Part shown: piece by piece, positions 25,967-32,000 of the stretch | How the letters are laid out: each line of letters starts with the position of its first letter | Numbering within the stretch: position 1 is the first letter of the stretch | Source: Candidatus Calditenuaceae archaeon | GTDB lineage: Archaea > Thermoproteota > Nitrososphaeria_A > Caldarchaeales > Calditenuaceae | Assembly: GCA_025058225.1 (NCBI GenBank) | Contig: JANXEE010000011.1 | Span: 1-32,000 of the forward strand | Length of the DNA stretch: 32,000 bases | Direction: 5' to 3' | The notes under the pieces: model-generated | What the model saw: only the letters and a program-made list of their open reading frames with translations | What the model was told of the DNA's origin: nothing | Database searches by the model: none | Position numbers and translations under genes: made by a program

Positions 25967-26488
25967 CTAAACAGAGGGGGTGGCGTAACCCTGCGTCGAA
26001 CTCTGCGCTCTAGGACCAGAAGCTGCCCTCCCCGGTGCCTCTGCTCTCAGGCCAGTGCTCTGATCGTAGAAGCTGACCAAGAGGGTCTTGGATCTGGTGC
26101 TGCCGTCGGGTAGGGTCGCGGTGATCCTCAGCGCGGTCACCTCGAGGAGGTCGTCCTTACGGAGCTTTCCGTCGAAGACCAGTTTGATAACGCTGACCGG
26201 TTGGCCATCAACCAGCAGGCTCATAGGCAATTTGACCTGAACGTCTCCCGAAGAGGTGCGTACCGTCATGACGCCGATGTCGAGGTCCACTAGTCGCCCG
26301 CTGAGGGTCACCTGTTCTTGGGTGACTGTAGCGTTCCTCCACCGGCCGCCCCTCTCCAAGCCCCTTCCGTGGTGCACGAACACCTGCTCCGAGTACCCCA
26401 CCATCGCAGGTATCAGAAGCCCCGCTACGAGCATCGTCGCCAGCACCCCGATCGAAACGCCCACCAAGAGCAGTTTCTTCGTCATCAC
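25967..26488 (-). CDS. N-terminally anchored or secreted beta-rich protein, unknown function
   Basis: MMTKKLLLVGVSIGVLATMLVAGLLIPAMVG is a signal/anchor helix, followed by about 140 aa with no recognisable motif. Confidence 0.55.
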   Translation of the reverse strand: MMTKKLLLVGVSIGVLATMLVAGLLIPAMVGYSEQVFVHHGRGLERGGRWRNATVTQEQVTLSGRLVDLDIGVMTVRTSSGDVQVKLPMSLLVDGQPVSVIKLVFDGKLRKDDLLEVTALRITATLPDGSTRSKTLLVSFYDQSTGLRAEAPGRAASGPRAQSSTQGYATPSV

Positions 26489-26547
26489 CTGGTCTCTCTT
26501 GGTCTGGTTATATAGTGCTGATGTACGAAGCGTCTAGGGACTTCGTC

Positions 26548-27708
26548 TCAGGCGAACTCCTTCCTCAACTCCTCAGCGGCCTTCACCATTGACTTCAGCT
26601 TCTCGTAGGCCACGGGGGCCCTGTTGACCGGAGACTCGGCGAACGTCCCGAACCCGCAGTCGGGGTTGAGGTAGATCCTGTCGGGATCGAAATACTTCAC
26701 TGCCTCGCGGACCTTAGCCTTGATGAAGTCGCTCAACTCAACCTCATCAGTCCTCGGGTTGACGACGCCCAATCCCAGCTCCTTTACCCCGGAAGCGTCA
26801 GCGAAGACCTTGATCTCTCCTGCCCTTGCGGTGGCGAACTCCAGCACGAACTGATCGACCTTCATCTCTTGGAAGTACGGGATCAGGGGCGAGTAATCGC
26901 CTGTTAGCAGAGACCCCTCAGCCTTGGTCCAGTTGCCCCTGCACACGTGGACACCGACCCTGACGCCCGTCACGCCCTTGACGGTCCTGTTGACCAGCTC
27001 GGTCGCGAACTCCAGCTCCTCCTTCGGATCGGTCTTAGCCATTATCGCCGCGCACATGAAGGTCTGCTGAGAGACGTCACCGTAGACCACCTCCATGAGT
27101 GTTGGCTCATCGAGCTGCACGAAGTGGGCCCCGGCATCCGCAAGGGCAATTATCTCCTCCCTGAGGATCCGAACGTACTCTGTGGCTAAGTCCTCCCTGG
27201 ACCAGTAGGCGTTTCTGCTCAGCGGCTCTACCCAGCTTGCCCTGGTGAGCATGTAAGGTCCGGGGAGGGGAACCTTGATCCTCCGCCGGGTGTGCTCCTT
27301 TAGGAAGGCGAGCTCGTCAAGCGCTAAGGGCCTCCGCTTCCTGATGGGCCCGACGACCACGGGGCTCTTGATCGCGAACGCAGGGACGTCGAGCCTGCTG
27401 AGCGCCTCCTCGAAGCGCCTCCTGTCCTTGACGTAGTCCAGAAGCTCCGCCACCGACATCAGCTTGACTCCTTCGAGCTTGTCGACCACGAATGAGTAGA
27501 AGTTGTCACGGCGCTGCTCACCGTCCGTAAGGACGTCTATTCCAGCATCCTCCTGATACTTCACCGCGATCAACACAGCCTCGTCGGCGGCCTCGCTGAA
27601 CCTCTCATAGGATAACTCACCCTTGTTCTTCCTCCTCAGCTCCGCGAGCAACCAGTTGGGCCTCGGCCAGCTCCCGACGACGCTGGTGACGAAGAAGCTC
27701 TCGGACAT
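26548..27708 (-). CDS. metE: cobalamin-independent methionine synthase, archaeal single-domain MetE type
   Basis: VVGSWPRPNWL N-terminus, Zn ligands in GVHVCRGNW and NPDCGFGT, and a UROD/MetE-like length of 386 aa. Confidence 0.85.
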   Translation of the reverse strand: MSESFFVTSVVGSWPRPNWLLAELRRKNKGELSYERFSEAADEAVLIAVKYQEDAGIDVLTDGEQRRDNFYSFVVDKLEGVKLMSVAELLDYVKDRRRFEEALSRLDVPAFAIKSPVVVGPIRKRRPLALDELAFLKEHTRRRIKVPLPGPYMLTRASWVEPLSRNAYWSREDLATEYVRILREEIIALADAGAHFVQLDEPTLMEVVYGDVSQQTFMCAAIMAKTDPKEELEFATELVNRTVKGVTGVRVGVHVCRGNWTKAEGSLLTGDYSPLIPYFQEMKVDQFVLEFATARAGEIKVFADASGVKELGLGVVNPRTDEVELSDFIKAKVREAVKYFDPDRIYLNPDCGFGTFAESPVNRAPVAYEKLKSMVKAAEELRKEFA

Positions 27709-27779
27709 CTGTCAACAGCTTCTACCAGCATCCTAAAGATCTTTCGCCATAAGTGGTGAACCAGCCCCGAGCTCTCGAG

Positions 27780-28532
27780 CTACATGAAGGCCCTCAACCT
27801 CAGGTCGTTGGGGTCAAGGGCCCTTATCAGCTCCCTCTCCTCCTGATTGGGAGACCTGGTGACGCGGTCATCCTGTGTGACGTACTCGAAGCCTGTGTTC
27901 GTCCTTATCTGATCGGGATCGGCCCACGGATGCCGTGACTTCAACACCCACTTCGCCGTGCCCCTGTCGTAGTTGAAGACGCAGAGGTTCGTGAAGAGGT
28001 AGACTTCGTTGCGGGAGAGCCTGGCCGTTGCTGTGACGAAGTCGACGCGCTTCACGAGGTCCCTCGGGGTGTGCTTGGTCCTCCAGAAGTAAACCCTCTT
28101 CACGAGGGGTACTATGAAGGCCGATGCCGCACCGCCCGGCAGCCGGACCTTGGGGCGCTGATAGCTCCCTATTACCGAGAGGTTGATGTTGGTCTCCTCG
28201 TCTATCTGGACCGGCCCCAAGAACATCACGTCTATCTCCCCCTTCTGCACGAGGTCGAAGGCCTCGATCATCGGTAGTACCGTTGCGTTCTCAGCGAGGG
28301 CCGCGTCACCGGTCGACGGTTTGAGCTTCACGCTCTCTAGGTCAGGGTCAAAGGCCTCCGCGACCGTGTAAAGGCTGACCCTCTTGCCCTGTATTATCTT
28401 GGCGACGGCCACCGCGAGGAGGGGCACGTGGGAGTTGAGGCCCGTGATGACCTTGTGACCGTCACCTATGTGGTCGGCGATGGTTACGATCAGGTGGTCG
28501 GCGACCTCCTTCGGCTCAGGCTGGGTGCCCAC
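27780..28532 (-). CDS. CoA-transferase subunit B (glutaconate CoA-transferase GctB / AtoA-like)
   Basis: Collinear with GctB as I remember it: GLNSHVPLLAVAVAK, VAEAF at the catalytic-Glu position, GPVQIDEETNINLSVIG, RLPGGAASAF, TNTGFEY and RELIRALDP. The GTG start is preceded by an AAAATTTTAATC box on the minus strand (about 28553-28566). Confidence 0.8.
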   Translation of the reverse strand: MGTQPEPKEVADHLIVTIADHIGDGHKVITGLNSHVPLLAVAVAKIIQGKRVSLYTVAEAFDPDLESVKLKPSTGDAALAENATVLPMIEAFDLVQKGEIDVMFLGPVQIDEETNINLSVIGSYQRPKVRLPGGAASAFIVPLVKRVYFWRTKHTPRDLVKRVDFVTATARLSRNEVYLFTNLCVFNYDRGTAKWVLKSRHPWADPDQIRTNTGFEYVTQDDRVTRSPNQEERELIRALDPNDLRLRAFM

Positions 28533-28638
28533 GAGCTCAAGTGATTACGCATCGGGATTAAAATTTTCCCGGAGAGGGAGGTCTCATCACGTCGATCCTG
28601 AGGAGAACTCCTCCCAACTCTAGCGTTGTACAGGAACA

Positions 28639-28941
28639 TCAACCTCTACGGCGAGAGCAACCCCTCGCGGGGTTCCAGGTGATCGCAACGATCATCTTCT
28701 CCTCCCTCCTCAGGTTCTTCGTACGCCCCTGATCCACCCCGATCCCAAGACCCTTAGACGGCCAGCTCTTCCGAAGCATCCTCGCACTCTTCCACCCCAG
28801 TTCAGTCACGAAGCTCGACGACGTGGAAGGGATCACCGGCGCGTTCCTGACGGCCACGCCCTTCACAGCGCTCGGGAGGAGGTCCGAGAGACATCAGCCG
28901 AAGGCAAAGGTCCCGTTGAGCGCGTAGACCCCCGCGACCAC
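28639..28941 (-). pseudogene. possible decayed remnant of a CoA-transferase subunit A (GctA/AtoD-like)
   Basis: A single frame is open from 28941 to 28642 except for one in-frame TGA (28894-28896). It encodes ...NAPVIPST...TELGW...MIVAITWNPARG, resembling the central LPFLPVT...TDEWG...VAIIHA..DG blocks of A subunits (from memory). The N-terminal GGF region and the C-terminal third are missing. Confidence 0.3.
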
Positions 28942-28949
28942 CTAACGGA

Positions 28950-29732
28950 CTAACAGCCCCATCCAGCCTTGACCGTACCTCCCGGGAGCTCGGCGACCTT
29001 CTGAGCCATGAGGAGGTCGAACCCCATAGACCTGAGGGCGTTCACCCGCTTGAGGTGGTACTCCTCCTGAATAGAGTTGAACCTGCCTGCGCCCAGCTCG
29101 ACCGACTCCGCGGACTTCCCACCGCCGAGAAGGATCGACACCTCCCTGCTGGCCTCTTCGTCGGTCATGTACCAGCGCGCCATGAGGCCCCCTGTTCCCT
29201 GAAGCCTCTCCAGCAACTCCGTCGACGCCGACCCGACGAGAGACCGGTCAGCCCTTGTCCTCAACCTCTCCAAGGACTCCCCGTCCTCTCTGGCGATCCT
29301 TGAGACGAGCTCGAACCGAACTCCCGACTCCTCGAGGATTGATGATGCCTGAAGGGAGGCGAGTTTACTCAAGACGAGCAGGACGGTCGTCAACACGCCG
29401 GGCCCGACCGACCAAGAACCCCCAAGCCGGACAACTTGCATGTTGAACTCCTCGACCCCTACAGCGCCGACGAGGGCCGTCGAGTGCCCTGCATCTATCT
29501 CAGCTATGTCTTCGTTGTCAGACGCCAGCGCCAGGACGACCGAGTGGAGCTCTATGAGGGCCTGACGTGCGATGACGGAGAGCGCTGGCTTCCTGAGCTC
29601 GTCCGGGACACCGAGCTCCCCCTCGACCGGTGAGAAGGTGACGTTCAGCGCCCTGATCCTTTCGACGGTCGTGCCCCCCAATCCGACCGCGCTGAGGCCG
29701 CACCTCTCCAGAAGATCACCCAGCGACACCAC
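28950..29732 (-). CDS. hypothetical protein, 260 aa (very weak CitG/MdcB-like C-terminal GGGKSAE motif)
   Basis: Protein-like composition. A minus-strand CAAATATAG box lies about 30 nt upstream of the start. No confident family assignment. Confidence 0.5.
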   Translation of the reverse strand: MVSLGDLLERCGLSAVGLGGTTVERIRALNVTFSPVEGELGVPDELRKPALSVIARQALIELHSVVLALASDNEDIAEIDAGHSTALVGAVGVEEFNMQVVRLGGSWSVGPGVLTTVLLVLSKLASLQASSILEESGVRFELVSRIAREDGESLERLRTRADRSLVGSASTELLERLQGTGGLMARWYMTDEEASREVSILLGGGKSAESVELGAGRFNSIQEEYHLKRVNALRSMGFDLLMAQKVAELPGGTVKAGWGC

Positions 29733-29789
29733 GGCCTGTCAGCAGGCGGGAAGGCTATATTTGCGTAACCCGTCTCATCCGTATTGGTC

Positions 29790-30434
29790 TTAGGTCGTCT
29801 GTAGCGGACGCAAGTACATCCGCTCGATCGCTCGGCTCTGAGCTAGGAGCGTCGGAGTGGGTGCGAGCCTCGCAACCGTCTCAAGGAAATAGGAGACCCT
29901 CGACTTGAGCTCCTCCACCTTCTCGGAGTCACCGAGCTGCCGGTAGATGGGGATCCGTGAGGCGTGAACCGCAGCCTCCAGAAGTGCTGCGTGTCCTCTG
30001 GAGAACGGCTTGAAGTTGGGCCCCCGAACGATCACCGCGAGCGGCCTCGATCGGAGGTGCACCCAGAACTCGTCCTCAGACGTCTCGGACACCGAGAGCT
30101 CCAGACAGGCCGCTGCACCTTTGAGCCTAGGAGCGTCAACCCTCTCAGAAACCTCGAACTCCAAACTCAGGACGCCTGAGTCCAGGGCCGCCTCCACGAC
30201 CACCTCGGGGTCGACGACGTTCAACACGAAAGAGCCCCGTCTCAGAACGTTCCCGGACGCCCTACTGGTTTTGGAGAGCTTAGAGAACGCGGTGACGCCA
30301 CCCCTGTCCCTCAGGAACCTGCAACCCATCGCTGACGCGTGAGGGGTTCCATCGACGTTATAGGTCGTGCAGACGAACTCGTAGACGACGCCCTCCTCGA
30401 TGCCTAGCGCCCACAGGTCCTCGCCAGGGTCCAC
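29790..30434 (-). CDS. DUF447-like protein (FMN-binding split-barrel related), function unknown
   Basis: N-terminal GIEEGVVYEFVCTTYNVDGTPHASAMG resembles the DUF447 signature (from memory). 214 aa. Confidence 0.5.
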   Translation of the reverse strand: MDPGEDLWALGIEEGVVYEFVCTTYNVDGTPHASAMGCRFLRDRGGVTAFSKLSKTSRASGNVLRRGSFVLNVVDPEVVVEAALDSGVLSLEFEVSERVDAPRLKGAAACLELSVSETSEDEFWVHLRSRPLAVIVRGPNFKPFSRGHAALLEAAVHASRIPIYRQLGDSEKVEELKSRVSYFLETVARLAPTPTLLAQSRAIERMYLRPLQTT

Positions 30435-30482
30435 GTCCCGAAGGGTCGGAAGGAACTATCTAAGTCGTCCTCTTCACGAGGG

Positions 30483-30491
30483 TTCATATTT
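30483..30491 (+). promoter_or_regulatory. TATA-like box (TTCATATTT)
   Basis: About 27 nt upstream of ATG 30514. Confidence 0.45.
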
Positions 30492-30513
30492 GTCGCAAGG
30501 CGCCTTCACACGG

Positions 30514-31476
30514 ATGGAGGTCGCCATATCGGCGAGGGGCCTCGTGAAGAATTACAGAGAGGGAGGGTTGCTGCGGCGCAGGACGGAGGTCAGGGCGCTC
30601 GACGGGCTCTCCTTCGAGGTAGGCTATGGTAAAGTCTTCGCGTTGCTGGGGCCTAACGGTGCAGGGAAAACCACAACGGTTCGTATCATCAGCACCCTCC
30701 TTCTGCCCGACGAGGGTGAAGTCACGGTCGCGGGCTTCAACGCGCTCAGGAGCCCCAGGAAGGTGAGGGAGCGGATAGGTGTCGTGCTCGACCCGGACAA
30801 GGGCCACTTCCTCAGGTTAACCGCGCTCGAGAACCTCACCTTTTACGGCACCCTTCAGGGCCTTTCCAGGTCCGAGGCTAGGTCGAGGGCATCGGCGCTT
30901 CTCGGGGAGATGGGGCTCAACGGCTCCGAGAACAGGATGGTCGAGGGCTTCTCGAAGGGCATGAGGGCAAGGCTGGCCATCTGCAGGGCCCTCATTCACG
31001 ACCCAGAGGTCCTGATCTTCGACGAGCCTACCAGCGGCCTGGACCCCATCTCTGCTCGAGAGGTCAGAGCTAAGCTGAGGGAGCTGGGGAGAGAGGGTAA
31101 GTCGGTGCTTGTCACGACGCACAACCTCTGGGAGGCCGAATCTGTCAGCGACGAGGTGGCGGTGGTCAACAGGGGGAAGGTCGTCGCCGCAGGTCCACCG
31201 CAGGAGGTCAAAAGGGCCTTCGGGCTGAAGTGGTACGTGGAACTCGAGGTGGAGGGTAGGCTGAGGCCGGAGGAGCTTCCCTGGATGGCAGAAGTGGCCG
31301 TCAGTGAAAGGGGGATCCTGACGCTGAAGATCGCTGTCGACGCCGATCCTGCGGAGCTGATACCCGCGATAGTCTCGGAGCTCAGGAGCAGGTCCTTGAC
31401 AGTTCACTCCGTAACGGTCAGGGAGCCCACGCTGGAGGAGGCTTTCGTGAGGGCGGTGAGCGGAGCTGGACGCTAG
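30514..31476 (+). CDS. ABC transporter ATP-binding protein (ABC-2 exporter type)
   Basis: Walker A GPNGAGKTTT, signature FSKGMRARL, Walker B LIFDEPTSGLD, H-loop TTHNL. ATG 30514 is chosen over the ORF-track start at 30400, which overlaps the divergent gene. Confidence 0.9.
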   Translation: MEVAISARGLVKNYREGGLLRRRTEVRALDGLSFEVGYGKVFALLGPNGAGKTTTVRIISTLLLPDEGEVTVAGFNALRSPRKVRERIGVVLDPDKGHFLRLTALENLTFYGTLQGLSRSEARSRASALLGEMGLNGSENRMVEGFSKGMRARLAICRALIHDPEVLIFDEPTSGLDPISAREVRAKLRELGREGKSVLVTTHNLWEAESVSDEVAVVNRGKVVAAGPPQEVKRAFGLKWYVELEVEGRLRPEELPWMAEVAVSERGILTLKIAVDADPAELIPAIVSELRSRSLTVHSVTVREPTLEEAFVRAVSGAGR

Positions 31477-31477
31477 A

Positions 31478-32000
31478 GTGCTCAGAGCGCTGGCAGTCGT
31501 CATCGAGGCCGACCTGAAAACGCTTTTGAGGACGGGCGAGTTACCGCTGATGCTGCTGATGCTGGGGTCGTTCCAGTTCCTTTTCTTCGCCATAGGATCG
31601 GTGCTGAGGAAGGAGGAGCAGCTCTTCTTCCAGCTCACGGGATACGGCGACTCCGTCCTCTATCAGATAGCCGGCATGCCGATCCTGTTTCTGAGCATAG
31701 GCATGAGCTGGGCGATAGGACAATTCGTGATCGAGCTCGGTCGAGGGGGGAAACTTGAGCAGCTCCAGACCACCGCCACGGACTTCCGGGTCGTGATAGC
31801 TGGGAGGTTCATCGTCATGGCGATCATGTCACTTCTCTACTACCTCGCCATCACCGTACCCTTCATCCAGATCAGAGCAGGTCCTGAGGTCCTATCGCAC
31901 TTCTTACCCGCGCTTCTGGTCTTGATGCTGGGGTTCGTGCCGATCTTCCTCTTCGCAGTCGTGGTCTCGGTGGTGATGTTGTTAGCCAGAACCGAGGCCC
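31478..32000 (+). CDS. ABC-2 type permease, 5' partial (runs off the window)
   Basis: The frame is open from GTG 31478 (2 nt after the ATPase stop) to the window end. My own translation VLRALAVVIEADLKTLLR...LMLGSFQFLFFAIG... is strongly hydrophobic. It is not in the ORF track because no stop is reached. Confidence 0.6.
   Translation, partial: MLRALAVVIEADLKTLLRTGELPLMLLMLGSFQFLFFAIGSVLRKEEQLFFQLTGYGDSVLYQIAGMPILFLSIGMSWAIGQFVIELGRGGKLEQLQTTATDFRVVIAGRFIVMAIMSLLYYLAITVPFIQIRAGPEVLSHFLPALLVLMLGFVPIFLFAVVVSVVMLLARTEA

Noticed and set aside
28894-28896. In-frame TGA in the A-subunit-like frame as a possible selenocysteine codon
   Set aside because: The flanking frame lacks both ends of a CoA-transferase A subunit, I saw no SECIS-like element, and this enzyme family is not known to use Sec. 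Decay is the simpler explanation.
30400-30513. 5' extension of the ABC ATPase ORF
   Set aside because: It overlaps the start of the divergent DUF447-like gene and contains the TATA-like box at 30483-30491. ATG 30514 gives a canonical N-terminus about 40 aa before Walker A.
1-32000. CRISPR arrays, IS elements, prophage or known defence-system genes
   Set aside because: No spaced direct repeats were found, and I recognised no transposase, integrase, Cas, nuclease-helicase or toxin-antitoxin signature in any frame.

Overview
GC-rich, gene-dense archaeal chromosomal segment. The archaeal assignment rests on TFB, prefoldin alpha, ribosomal protein eS17, sn-glycerol-1-phosphate dehydrogenase, deoxyhypusine synthase, type-2 IPP isomerase and a Thermoproteus-type GapN. 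TATA-like boxes sit about 23-31 nt upstream of many start codons, which implies mostly leaderless mRNAs. A thermophilic Thermoproteota/TACK lineage is my inference, not a demonstrated fact. I can support 1 tRNA (tRNA-Thr CGU), about 35 protein-coding genes, one decayed gene remnant and one structured non-coding gap. I found no rRNA, CRISPR array, transposase or integrase. The housekeeping backbone is tRNA-Thr, TtuA/NcsA, egsA, gapN, ftsY-pfdA, cysS, tfb, rps17e-fni, dys and metE. It is interrupted by visibly lower-GC accessory patches, based on hand counts of single 60-nt lines: 44/60 G+C at 1261-1320, against 27/60 at 11221-11280, 23/60 at 21121-21180 and 25/60 at 21901-21960. The regions most worth follow-up are listed here. 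(1) A self-contained two-gene unit at 21613-23953: a processive GT2 (QRTRW) membrane glycan synthase translationally coupled to an uncharacterised double-zinc-ribbon protein. (2) An AT-flanked low-GC island at 7022-11794 with a secreted 8-Cys poly-Thr protein of unknown family plus three GH130 modules, two of them fused in one polypeptide. (3) A 490-bp ORF-poor gap at 17355-17846 packed with stem-loops, a candidate ncRNA with weak RNase-P-like motif order on the minus strand. (4) An orphan nuoB-nuoC pair with atypical composition. (5) An orphan GctB-type CoA-transferase subunit next to what looks like a decayed A subunit. All functional calls come from motif recognition by eye. No database search was possible.
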